Source: Scyliorhinus canicula
Taxonomy: Eukaryota
DNA length: 64,000 nt
Reading direction: 5' to 3'
Assembly: GCF_902713615.1 (NCBI RefSeq)
Contig: NC_052161.1
Location: forward strand, 20,552,579 to 20,616,578
Shown here: positions 35,899 to 47,819 of the stretch, piece by piece
How the letters are laid out: each line of letters opens with the position of its first letter
Numbering within the stretch: position 1 is the stretch's first letter
Program-made: the position numbers and the translations under genes
Notes under the pieces: model-generated
Databases searched by the model: none
The model's input: the letters and a program-made list of their open reading frames with translations, nothing else
Told to the model about the DNA's origin: nothing

Positions 35899-37059
35899 CT
35901 AGATATAATATGGAAGAAAATGGCACTGCGTCACTGCAATTATTTTAAAAGATACTGGTTAAGGGAGGGGGAAGTAAAATATTTTAATTAAAAAATATTA
36001 TCTACTGTTCCATTTAAAGGAGCCCGGTGATGAGGGCATTTTGCAAGTAGGGAAGACGATACTGGATTCTAATACTGTATTTTTATTAAGTTTGTGAGAT
36101 TGTGGCAGCAGCCAATATAATTAGACTCAAGAGAATTTTCTAAATAAGTTCTTCCAACCTGAAAGATTTCTGTTAAAACAACAATGTATCTTTAATGAAT
36201 GAAGATATTAACACACAAATGGCAGAAACATGCTTTCCTCAGAGCTCTTAATTCCAGTAGAATGTGAGACTGCACTTTAGATTCCACGTGATTGGAACTA
36301 AATAGACAACTCTTTCAAAGAGCTAGTACAGACCTGATGGGTTGAATGGCCTTGTTATATGTGGCCTCATTCTGCGATTCCTTGCAATTCGAAAAAAACT
36401 TACTGAGACCCTACTCTGCTGAACCAAAATGCTGCCAGTCTCAGTAATACCAAAATCTTTTTGGACCCTCATCATTCTTACACTTTCAGAACTTCTAAGC
36501 TCCTCCCGCTGTGGTTGTAATCAACTTGGCATAATGTAAAACATTAAACAGATGGTCTATAATTACTTGATAATTGATGAATGCACTCTGTCAAGACTAT
36601 GAGGGCAGCAATAGCACTCGTAAACATTTGCAAATGTAATTGTCAATCAGTTCTGCTGGTATTTCACATGAAAGCAAAGGGGCATTTTGTGCATGTACAG
36701 CAATGTGATGACACCTCCGAGCAAGCCAGGGCAGGTTTCCCACAACTCAAGGATAATGTTTATTTAGAGTAATATATGGTAACAAAATATTTATGCTGGC
36801 TTTCAAAATCATTTAGATTTATTTGAGGCAGGTGTCGTGACATTTGATATCAGAAAAAATGAATGATCATGACTATAATCTCTTAATGGAAAAGCATTGT
36901 GGAAGTTCTGGAAATTATTCCAAAGAAATATAAAGAACATTTTATTCCAGCTAGTATATCCCTTAATCAATTCTATTTCTAAAAATATTATTTTTCTATG
37001 GATAACCGTATGAATATGAAAATTTTACTGCTATCTCTTGCTAAATTATTAGACTTCTT

Positions 37060-37752
37060 GGGCGGAATTCTCCGACCCCCAGCAGGGTCGGAGAATCGCC
37101 TGGGGGCGCCTAAAATCCCGCCCCCGCCGTGGCAGAGATTCTCCGCCACCCGGGAAATGGCGGGGGCAGTAATCTCGCCACTCCGATCGGAGAGGCCCCT
37201 GCGGTGATTCTCCGGCCCGGATGGCCGAAGTCCTGCCGCTGGGAGGCCTCTCCCGCCGCCGAGGTTTAAACCACCTCTGGAACGGCGGGCTCAGCGGCGC
37301 GAGCAGGCCCCCGGGGTCCTGGGGGGGCGGGGGCGATCGAACCCCGGGGGGTGCCCCCACGGTGGCCTGGCCCGCGATCGGGACCCCCCGCTTAGACTGC
37401 GGGCCAGTGCCCTGGCTGCACTATGTTCTTCCGCGTCCACCACGGCCTCCACCATGACGGAGGCGGAAGAGAACCCCATATCGCGCATGCGTCGGCAGTG
37501 ACGTCAGCGGCCAGTTGCCGCTGACGTCACTGCCGGCGCATGCGCGGTCCAGCGAAAGCCTTTCGGCCAGCCCCGCTGCCGGGGGCGCCGGTTTTTTGCG
37601 CCTGTCTTCTGGTCGCAACCGCTCCGGCGCGGGGCTGGCCCCCAAAGGTGGGGAGAATTCCCCACCTTTGGGAAGGCGCGAACCCTGAGTGCTTGGCGCC
37701 ACTCCCCTACTCCGGGACCCTCCGTCACGCCGGGTAGGGGAGAATACCGCCC
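37060..37752. mobile_element. GC-rich MITE subfamily C, complete
   Basis: TIR GGGCGGAATTCTCC / GGAGAATACCGCCC. Exact 3-bp TSD CTT (37057-37059 and 37753-37755). Confidence 0.9.
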
Positions 37753-38254
37753 CTTATCTGACATCCGGTGTTGGATGAACAGACATTTCTTCTAATCAAC
37801 TGAGAAGACTGAAGGTGTTGTTTTTGCCCTCTCTCTAAACTTCAATCCCTAGCTACCAACTCCAACCCTCTCCATGGCAGAGATGCCAGTCTGTTCACAA
37901 CCTTGCTGTCACACCTGATTCTGAGAGGAGCTTCTGACTTTACATTTGTGCTATAACTAAGACCACGTATTTCCACCTCCAACTTCACCGGTCTCAGCTC
38001 ATCTGCTGCTGAAGCCCTCATTCATGCCTTTGCTACCTTTAGGCTCGACTGTTCCTGTGCTCTCTTGGATGGTCTCCCATATTCCACCCTCAATAAACTT
38101 GAGGTCATCCAAAACTCAGCTGCCTTTGTCTGAACTCACAGCGATTCCCATTCTATCACTCCTGTGCTCACTGGCTTACAGTGGCTCCTGGTCAAGCAAC
38201 ATCTAACTTTAAAATTCTCACCCACATTTCCAAACTCCTCCATGGCTTGTGTCC

Positions 38255-38560
38255 CGATGGCACAGTGGTTAACCCAGCTGTCTCACAGCACCACGGGCCC
38301 GGGTTCAATTCCAACCTTGGGTGATTGTCTGTGTTGAGTTTGCATATTCTCCCAGTGTCTGCATGGGTTTCCTGCGGACAGTCCAAACATTCTAAATTGT
38401 CCCTTAGTGTCCAATGGTTAGGTGCAATTCTGGGTGTTACAGGGATTGGGGGGGGGGGGGGGGGGGGGGGGGATGGGCCTATGTAGAGTGCTCTTCAAAG
38501 AGTCGGTGTAGACCTGAAGGGCCGAGTGGCCTCTTTTTGTACTGTCGGGAATCTATGATG
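38255..38560 (+). mobile_element. HE1-type V-SINE (internally deleted)
   Basis: Head, partial V core and tail. Confidence 0.8.
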
Positions 38561-38649
38561 ATATCTCTATACTCTCCTCCAGTTCCAAACGTCTCTCAGA
38601 AATCTGCATGCCTCTAATTCTGGCTTTCCAATTACAATTACTCCACCAA

Positions 38650-38885
38650 GGGTGGCACGGCGGCGCAGTGGTTAGCACTGCTGCCTATGACGCTGAGGAC
38701 CTGGGTTCGATCCCGGCCATGGGTCACTGTCTCTGTGGAGATTGCACCGTGTCTGCGTGGGCTTTACCACCACAACCCAAAGACGTGCAGGTTAAGTGCG
38801 ACGCTAAATTGCCCCTTGATTGGAAAAAAATAATTGGGTACTCAAAATTTGTTAAAGCAAAAATTAAAACGAAAAATAATAATAA
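38650..38885 (+). mobile_element. V-SINE short variant
   Basis: GGGTGGCACGGCGGCGCAGTGGTTAGC head, B-box GGTTCGATCCC and A-rich end. Confidence 0.75.
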
Positions 38886-39191
38886 TTGATCCACCATTCG
38901 TGCCGATGCATTCAGTTGTCCCAAGCTCTGGAATTTCATCGCTAGACGTTCCAAAATAGCTGGTGATGTAAAAAGGGAAACATGGCTAGTCTGCCCCCAA
39001 GAATGAAGGACTCAGAGAACAGGTAATGCTCCACAATTCTGAAGAGGTGTGATTCGGAAGTCTGGGCAAGAAATGCGGAGCTCCAGCACTATGTAAAAAT
39101 AATAGCAGCGGATTAGTAATCCAATAATAATTGCCAATGCTCAGAATGTCGAAAAGCACACAGATGATTCTCATCAGATGCCTTGTCTTAC

Positions 39192-39339
39192 TGTAATGTT
39201 CATCTAGTGGCCAATTATTAAACAATCATTTGTTGTCTGACTTTCAATGCAGTCCAAATGATTTAAATAAAGTCTCCACTCTCTTTCTTGCGGAATGAAA
39301 TTAGATTGATCACACCTGACCTTGGAGCATATCCTGACA
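39192..39339 (-). other. Candidate exon
   Basis: Acceptor gcttttcttctccag|T and donor ACA|gtaaga. Frame VRICSK...CLIIGH*. Confidence 0.25.
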
Positions 39340-40291
39340 CTGGAGAAGAAAAGCATTAAGTATATCATTGTCCAACATGGGCATCTTTGACAAGTGTGAC
39401 AGTTCACTACATAGAAATGCATAGAAGACAAAATGATAAAGAACTAACCAATACACTCATTGCAAAAGGCATCTCTTGCTCGAGTTCCACAACAGCATCA
39501 TTATGGATACTTTTGCACTGATTAATCCAGAGGGAAGCAGATATCACAGAATCACAGGAATGGTGTTGAAAACAGAAAAGCTGCCAGGTTACCTGGGAAC
39601 TATTTCAAAGCAATTTAAATTTAAAAAAAACATTACTCCCCACTCATTGCGTTCCTCCGGTACTATTACATAACCAGCCACTAGGCAGTGCACTGAGTCA
39701 ATTTTCCCATCAACTTCCAGCAAAAATAAGAGATAGGAACTTTTGCTTGCCATTTATAAATAATGACACAGCCACGATTGGCCTTTTACTAACCTGCACT
39801 AGAATAGATGTAACTTTGTATTCGTTTGTAACTCCAAATAAACATCACAAATGTCTTCTGCTATTTGTCCAAGAAAAGATCAAGGTGAAAGCAAGTGGGA
39901 CCACAAGGGTTTTGGATAAGATATTTTGTTCTCACATTCAAGTAAAATTCTTGGGGATTTGGGGATCCTTTGGACTACAGTCTAAAACTGATCCAAAATC
40001 ATAAATACCATAGTTGCCTAATTTGCAAACAAATACTTTTATCATCAATTTATTTGCATTTGAGCAATATTTGAGAATCATCCATCCCTTCATTATGTAC
40101 AAACGTAACCAGAAAAAATGTTAATTCCATTTTCAAGAATTTTCAGCCCAGAATCTAGTACAAGGACAAATATTATTTTTCATGCTTTTTTAAAGAAAAT
40201 TTATTGAAGAGTAAACCTGTTTTGATCCTGTTATGTTCTTTGTTGTAGAATGAATCAGAGGTGGCACACATCGTGTTTGTACAACATAGTG

Positions 40292-41161
40292 AAGTGATTT
40301 TCAAACTTTTTTCCCATACCCACTTTTAACAAACAGCAGGTCTTCGGGACCCACCCCGGCCGACCTTTGCAACCCATGACTGCCGGCCTTTGTGATCCAC
40401 GCTGGCCAACCTTTGCGACACACCATTATTGCTTATCTTTAATTCAACAGGTGAGCCTTTTTTGTCCTCACAATCTCACTTGGGTTGTCATTCGTGTTAC
40501 ATTTCTGTTCAGGACTTCAGCCGATGATTTAAGTTCTCGCTGGAGCCTTTGAAACAAATCAAGAGGTTTGTCCTCAAACTCGTCTTCAAATGCCTTTGAG
40601 GTTTTGAGTGTTTACAACTTCCATTTACCACTACGTCCCTGCATATAACACACATGGGCTATGCATCCTGATTTGCATTGCCAAAATTAACAAGGCCATT
40701 CCTCAATGAATCATATACTGCTTTGTTCTTGATTTCACTTTCTTCTTAATGGTTTGTTCACCAGAAGTCCTGGAGCTCTGGACACAGCTCACACCAGCAC
40801 TGCTTTGTTCTGCCGTGGACTCTCGAAAGAAGCTCTGTCCACCAGGTTCAATTGTGAGATCCTGGCCATTTGCGTCTCTGGCCCTCTCTTCCTTATTACA
40901 AAATGATCCATCTTCTGTTCTTCACACAGTCCTGTTGCTTGCTTGCTGGCAGCTACAAACCTCACCTCCATGATTTTGCACCCAAAGCACGTATCTACAG
41001 GGCGCGTGGCGTCAGTGTACATGCCGGGTGCGTGATCTTCTCTCTGCCGCCGTTTCTGGCAGGAAGAATCCTGCGTTCATATTTGAAGACCGGTCCTCAA
41101 CCCTATCGACACCTGTCCGCGGCCCACCCGCAGGTCTCGACACTGAGTTTGAAAAACACTG
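40292..41161 (-). mobile_element. hAT/Charlie(Buster)-type deletion derivative with BED zinc-finger remnant
   Basis: TIR AAGTGATTTTCAAACT / AGTTTGAAAAACACTG and 8-bp TSD ACATAGTG/ACATAGCA. Minus strand reads MDHFVIRKR...PMCVICRDVVVNGSCKHSKPQRHLKT...KPLDLFQR. Confidence 0.85.
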
Positions 41162-41249
41162 ACATAGCACAAGGGGTTTATTTCCAAGATGCTGCTAAAA
41201 AATGTATAATGGTAATCTCAAAATCCAACACATTATGCCATAACTAACA

Positions 41250-41640
41250 TTGTTATGTTATGGATACATATGTACATGAGTAAGACAGTCTCTTGGGTGG
41301 ACCTGTGTTTCGTTTTGCCATAACACAACATTCAGGATCTTGGTTCTCAGGGTACCAGAACTGTCTTCCTGTACACTGGTCGGTGTTACAACTGAGGGAC
41401 TGTCCCTGTTGTGTTGATGATACTGTCGCTACAGATTCCATAATTTCGGAAGTTGTGGACCTCAAGTTGGGCATATCACTGTCCACATTCAGGCATTAGT
41501 GCTGGAAGCATGTGGCATTTAAACTCCCGGCTGTTTTATTTTTGTCTGCTTGAAGCCCTGCACTCCTGACTGCAAACTTCAGTTGTAGAACTCACTTGGG
41601 TCACTTCCCCAGATTTCTGGTGAGTTTTTACACCAATTTA
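41250..41640 (-). mobile_element. Possible Gypsy pol C-terminal remnant
   Basis: Low-complexity peptide ending KRNTGPPKRLSY, similar to typical integrase C-terminal tails. Confidence 0.4.
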
Positions 41641-41899
41641 ATCAAATGGACATTTTTCAGTCTACCAGAGGCAGGAGACACTGGGAGACATCTTTTAAAG
41701 TTGGTTAATGTTTTATATTATTAGTGTTTAGCATTTATAAATATGTTTAAAATGCAAATAAAATGAAAGGAAGATGTATTTTTTTTAAACTTTAGTTTGT
41801 CATGAGGATGTTAATTCCATTAAAGGAACTATAATGGATAGAATGCAATGATCACTCGCTAACAAGTATGATTCTCCACTTATTGTTATTGACCACGGG

Positions 41900-42410
41900 C
41901 TATGTGGATCTTTGTGTGGCTGATGAGTCCGATCCTAGAGCCGCATCTTCAATCACTCACTTGGCAGGAGTTTCCAAAAGGTGGAATTGGTCCTTGGATG
42001 GAACGTCGCATTATTCCTTTCTCAGGCTCCTTTTCCGGGCCTCGGGTGTTCGCGAAGAATTGTGACCCCTCAATCAAGAGATTCCTCCATGTAGATATCT
42101 TCTGAGCAAAGGTCTCCCAGGCATTGACATCTTTGTTCCATTTGTTGACGTAAACCTTAAAGGTATCTTTGGAGCTTCCTTTGTCCTCCTTTTGTTCAGG
42201 ATCCTTCCTTGAGTTGGATGAAGAAGATTTGCTTTGGCAGTCGGGACTCTGACATCCTATGCAGGCCCAGCAGAGTTGGTTTTGGATGATCATCGCCTCG
42301 ATACTGGTGCTATTGACTACTTCAAGAACACTAATGTTAGCACGCCTGTCCTCCCAGCTAATTCAGAGCTAAAGTGCATTAGGCTTTTGCAATGTATTTT
42401 AAGTTGTGTT
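41900..42410 (-). mobile_element. RTE-clade LINE 3' fragment
   Basis: KDTFKVYVNKWNKDVNAWETFAQKISTWRNLLIEGSQFF matches the RTE C-terminal KD..K.....WE..A..R..WR..I.EG pattern. Confidence 0.75.
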
Positions 42411-42699
42411 GTTTAAGAGTCTCCCTGGTTGAATGTACATCCTCAGAAGCCTCAGTGATTACTTCAAAAGCTTTGACATTAACAATGCCTTAGTTGACAT
42501 ATGCAAGCCTCCTGTAAGCTAATGTGAACTATCCCTCTGACAGGTATTGCAGAATCCAGTGCAGATTCAAAATCTGTAGTCATGCTTTGTTCCGCTGGGT
42601 CATCACACTAATAGCTTTGCTTCTTAAAGTCCTTGAACTACTTTTGAAGCATCGACATTTGCTCAGGGATCATGAGAGAAGAGCATCATCTCCGCCTGG

Positions 42700-43720
42700 C
42701 AAGGAAGCAAATCAGTTACCAACACCGAAGAATGTACAAAGGTCATCATTTGAAATTATGTCAGAGGAGATGTGTGCCAGGAGACTGCACTTCAGCAAGG
42801 AAACAATGACGCATTTGTAAGATATTGAGGGAAGACCTGAAGCCGAACTCTGTACGTCATTGGTTTAACAGTGGAAATGAAACTCACAACACACTGAATT
42901 TTTTTTGTGTCTGGGTCCTTTCAACATGGCATTAGTGACATACTTGCATTCACCAAGTAATGTATGCAATTTTTCGTAAGGCATTGGAGCTTATTTTCTT
43001 TGACACATCACCTGTAAAGATGATGGAGAGGTCCATCGCATTCTACAGGATTGCTCGTTTCCCAAAAGTAATCGGGTCCATTGGTAGAACACATATTGCA
43101 TTGAAGGCACCGATAAATTACGCTGTTTCATTCATCAATAGAAATGGTTCCATTCTTTAAAAGTGAAGATAGTGTGTGATGAACAAATGAGGAACCTCTA
43201 TGTAAATGCAAACAACTGGGGAAGTGTCCATGACTTATTTTTCCTCGAATGCCCAATGTTACACTGGTCCATGACAACACCACCAGGAATTAAAGGATGG
43301 ATACTGGGTGATAAGATTGCGAACATGGCTACGACACCATTCCGGAGGACCAACAATGAAGCACAGGAATTATATAACCGTGCACATGTAGCAACACATC
43401 AGGTAGTGGAGAGGACAATTAGTGTTTTGAAATCACGTTTTCGATGTCTGGACAGGTCAGGGGGTATGTTACAGTATGCACCAGTGATAGTCTCAAAGAT
43501 TATTATTGTATAGTGTGCATTACACAACTTTGCTATTCAGCATGGACTGAGCATTCACCCGGAAGATGTCTTGCCACCCAAAATGGGCGAGCTGGAGGAA
43601 GGTGACATGGAGCCTGATGCAGGCACGTCTCCTGGTGCAGGTATGCAAGCCCAGCCCCCAGGTGACATAAGGGTCATTCAAGATCGTCTGGCAGCTGCTG
43701 CTTTCAGACACTGAGCTTGT
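42700..43720 (+). pseudogene. Decayed PIF/Harbinger transposase (HARBI1-like, DDE_Tnp_4)
   Basis: MSEEMCARRLHFSKET, LNFF.SGSFQ, FPKVIGSIGRTHI, FINRNG, IVCD, GSVHD, GWILGDK, YNRAHVATHQVVERTISVLKSRFRCLD and CALHNF, with several stops and frameshifts. Confidence 0.92.
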
Positions 43721-44089
43721 AAAATTAACAACTGATATTTCAAAACCCTCCCTTCCTTCCCCTCGACCCCTCGTCCCTCTGCACCCCTTCACAAATAGTC
43801 AAAGCCGTTGTGTTTATGTGGAAACATATCTTTTATTGATTCTTGTGTTTAAGTGAGAAAATATATTTTATTGCAAGAAATTTGTAAAAGTTGAGGTCAT
43901 TATGTCATTGTTTAGCTGAAAAGTTAAACGTTAACTGGTTTCAAAGTTCTGTTTTTCTAAAATTATTTTTGTCCAGAAATGTTTTACATTAAAATTTACA
44001 AGCTTCTACAAATGTCTTACTGAAACATTAGAACATAACATTTAATTATGAGATAATTATCAATGAATAATATTTAACACGGGTAATAA

Positions 44090-44735
44090 CACAGTGGCAC
44101 ACTAGTTAGCACTGCTAGCTCACAACACCAGGGACCCGTGTCCAATTCAGACTTCGGGTGACTGTGTGGTGTTTGCACATTCTCCCTGTCTGCATGGGTT
44201 TCTTAGAACCATGAACAGAATCATAGAATTCCTACAGTGCATTTGGCCCATCAACTCTGCATCGACCCTCTGAAAGAGTACCCTACCTAAGTCGACTTGC
44301 CCGTCCCTCGCGGGACCTAACCTGTACAGCCTTGGACACTAAGGGGCAACATAGCATGACCAATCCACCTAACCTGCACATCTTTGAACCATGGGAGGAA
44401 ACCAGAGCACCCACACAGACACGGGGAGAATGTACAAAGTCCACACAGATGGTCACCCAAGCCGGAATTGGGTTTTATGGCGCTGTGAGGCAGTAGTGGT
44501 GACCACTGTGGCCCCGTGCCACCGCCGTTTCCTCTGGGTGCTTCGGTTTCCTCCCACAGTCCAAAGATGTGCAGGTTAGGTGGATCAGCCTTGCTAAATT
44601 GCGCCTTAGTGTCCAAAGGTTGATGGGTTTATGGGGATAGAGCAGGGGCGTGGGCCTGGTAGCGTGCTCTTTTGGAGTGTCAGCGCAGACTCAATGGGCC
44701 AAATGGCTTTCTTCTGCACTGCAGCGATTCTATAA
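44090..44735 (+). mobile_element. HE1-type V-SINE split by an antisense HE1 SINE
   Basis: 5' part 44090-44202 ends GGGTTTC. 3' part resumes GTTTCCTCTGGGTGC at 44527. Confidence 0.85.
44203..44526 (-). mobile_element. HE1-type V-SINE nested in opposite orientation
   Basis: Complete head-core-tail on the minus strand inside another SINE. Confidence 0.85.
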
Positions 44736-45014
44736 GCACAAATCAAAAAAATATCAGATGTTACAAGGACAGCAAAAAGCCCTGGGGCCTTTTAAAAATC
44801 TTAATTAATAACCATAATCTAAATTAAAATATAAACATTTTACAGCATGCCACACGTAAAATTGTGTAGTACAGATTTAGATAGTTTCATAGATTTCAAA
44901 TAAATTTTAAAATAAATAACCCTTTTTAATCATAAAAAAAAATAAAAAGTTACTTTGAAAGAACCAATAACAACAGTGATGCCAAGAGCAAAAGAAACTG
45001 TAAAAAAAAAGTCT

Positions 45015-47560
45015 ACGGCGGGGGGGCAATGAGCCCCCCAACTAGGCTGATCATCTGGAATGTTCGAGGGTTAAGTGTTCGCGCATCTTAGGGGTCTGAG
45101 GACGTGGGAATGTTGCAGGAGTCATACCTTACAGTAACTGACCAGATTAGATTGAGGAAAGGCTGGGTCAGTCAGGTCTTTCACTCGGGACTGGATTCAA
45201 AGACTAGAGGGGTCGCGATCCTGATCAATAAGCGGGTGGTGTTTGAGGCCGGTAGAGTAGTCTCGAATGTGGGAGGTCGGTACATTATGGTCAATGGGAA
45301 ACTGGAGGGGATGCAGGTGGTATTAGTAAATGTGTATGCGCCAAATTGGGAGGATGTGGAGTTTATAAAGATGACGCTGGAAAAGATACTGGACCTGGAC
45401 TCGCACAGGTTGATCATGGAAGGGGACTTCAACACAGTTATTGTCCCTGGCTTGGACCGGTCAAGCCCGAAAATGGGCAGGGTGCCAGCAATGGCAAAGG
45501 ATCGAAAAGGGTTCATGGAGCAGATGGGTGGGATGGATCTATGGAGATTTGGGCAGCCGAGGGTGAAGGAGTTCTCCTTCTACTCACAGTGTACTCCCGG
45601 CTTGATTTCTTTATTTTGAGCAGGGCCCTTAGGGAGAAGGTGAACAGGGCAGAGACGGACCAACTGGTAAAGGAGATATTACAGATCGATAGAAGGTATG
45701 CGGAAACGCCAGAGGCAGGGCTTTTAAGGGAACGGCGGAGGCTGCAGGTGGAGTTCTGCTTGTTAACCACAGGTAGGGCGGTGGAGCAGCTGAGAAAAGC
45801 GAGGGGGGGGGGGGTGGCGATCTATGAGTATGGAGAGAAGGCCAGCAGAATGCTTTCACAGCAGCTTAGAAAGAGGGAGGCAGCCAGGGAAAGTAAATAA
45901 CGGAGATGGCAACCTGGTCGGAGATACAACAGGCGTGAATAAGGCGTTTAGGGATTTCTACAGTAGGCTGTATAGGTCGGAACCTCCTACCGGGTCGGAG
46001 AGGATGTGGCACTTCTTGGAGAGGCTGAATTTTCCAAAGGTGGACGGGGAGCTGGTAGAAGGGCTGGGGGCTCCGATCGGATTGGAAGAGATAGTAGAGG
46101 GTCTGAAGGCCATGCAGGCGTGTAAAGCCCCGGGGCCGGACGGGTACCCAGTGGAGTTTTATAAAACGTTCTCTGGGATATTCGGGCAGGTGTTAATGAG
46201 GATGTTCAATGAGGCAAGGGAAAGAGGGATGCTGCCCCCGACGATGTCACTGGCCATGATTTTGCTGATTCTGAAGCGGGACAAGAACTCGGAGCTGTGT
46301 GGCTCCTACAGGCCGATATCCCTGTTGACTATGGATGCCAAATTGCTGGCCAAAATTTTGTCCTCCAGGATTGAGAATTGTGTTCTGGACGTTATTGGGG
46401 AGGACCAGACGGGGTTTGTTAAGGGTAGGCAGTTGGTGGCCAATGTAAGAAGGTTGATAAATGTGATCATGATGCCCCCGGAAGGTAGGGAGGTAGAGGT
46501 AGTAATCGCAATTGATGCAGAAAAGGCTTTTGATTGGGTAGAATGGAATTATCTATGGGAGGTATTGGGATGGTTCAGATTCAGGCAGGGCCTTATTGAC
46601 TATGTCAGGTTGCTGTATCAGATTCCTGTGGCAAGCGTACGGACGAATAGAACAACATCGGACTCTTTTCGACTGCACCAGGGGACGAGACGGGGATGCC
46701 CCCTCTCCCCACCGTTGTTCGCGCTAGCTATAGAGCCATTGGCAATTTCTCTGAGAGCCTCAAGGGGCTGGTCCGGGCAGGGGTTGTTGGAGCACAGAGT
46801 CTCGCTTTATGCAGACGACCTGCTTCTGTATGTATCGGACCCAATAGAGGCGATGGAAGATTGAGTAGAGTCAACTCATCCGCAACATGTGCCAGGCTCA
46901 GCCTGATACAGTTAAAGGTCGTTCATCAGGCTCATATGACAGTGGCCCGGATGAGCAGATTCTCTGGGGGGAAGACAGGTGTGCAAAATGTGCGGGAGGA
47001 CCAGCGAACCATATCCACATGTTCTGGACCTGTCCAAAGCTTAGGGGATTTTGGCAGGGGTTTGAAGGTGTCATGTCCACGGGGTTAAAAACAAGGGTGG
47101 CATGAGTCCAGAGGTGGCGATTTTCGGGGTGTCGGAAGACCCGGGAATCCAGGAGGAGAAAGAGGCAGACGTTCTGGCCTTTGCTTCCCTGGTAGCCCAG
47201 AGACGGATACTATTAGCTTGGAGGCACTCAAAGCCCCCCGAAGTCGGAGACCTGGCTATTGGACATGGCTAGCTTTCTCTGTTTGGAGAAAATCAAGTTT
47301 GTCTTGAGAGGGTCAATGTTAGGGTTCGCCCGGAGGTGGCAACTGTTCGTCGACTTCTATGGGGAAAATTAATCGTCAGCAGAAAGGGGGTGGGGGGGGG
47401 GGGTGGGGGGAGGGGGGGGGTTAGTTTAGCTTCGAGTCGGGGGTTAATAAAGCTGGGACCTGTAAGGAAGGGAGACGGCTTTTGCACCATGTTTATAGTT
47501 TCATGTACATTGTTTATTTTGTTGTTATAATACCAAAAATACCTCAATAAAATGTTTACT
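45015..47560 (+). mobile_element. L1/Tx1-like LINE, 5' truncated and internally deleted ORF2
   Basis: EN motifs (WNVRGL, LVNVYAPN, GDFN), RT motifs (KAPGPDG, SYRPISLL, DAEKAFD, GTRRGCPLSP, LYADD), C-terminal HMFW.CP and AATAAA. TSD AAAAAAAAGTCT at 45003-45014 and 47561-47572. Confidence 0.95.
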
Positions 47561-47819
47561 AAAAAAAAGTCTGCATACTTTTAAAATGCTTGTTAAAATA
47601 GTTGCCTGTAGTTTTCCATCTGTTTTAATGCCTGCCCTCAATGGGCGTTCCCAAGCGTGCTAGGGGGGTGGGGCTGCACTCCTCCTGCGCCGCTCTGGAG
47701 CCTGCGCAGAGCTGGGCGCTGGAGGCTCTATGCTGCCGAAGAGAAAGGAAGGTTCCTCGCGACATCGGAGCACACGCAAGTGCGCAGATTACGCTTTCAA
47801 AATCAAGCCCTGCCTGAAT

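Larger units (their letters stand above)
37760..38950 (+). mobile_element. L2 LINE 3' fragment, interrupted by two SINEs
   Basis: Decayed ITKTTYFHL, SSAAEALIHAFATFRLDC, LEVIQNSAA and ITPVL..LQWL motifs. Confidence 0.75.

Noticed and set aside
1194-37764. Gly/Pro/Arg-rich ORFs at about 1.2-1.7, 8.0-8.4, 20.4-21.7, 30.4-31.0, 32.2-32.9 and 37.0-37.8 kb
   Set aside because: They are overlapping stop-poor frames inside GC-rich MITEs and are not conserved between sister copies.
42700-43720. Domesticated host gene HARBI1
   Set aside because: Multiple stops and frameshifts and an altered catalytic motif fit a dead transposon copy.
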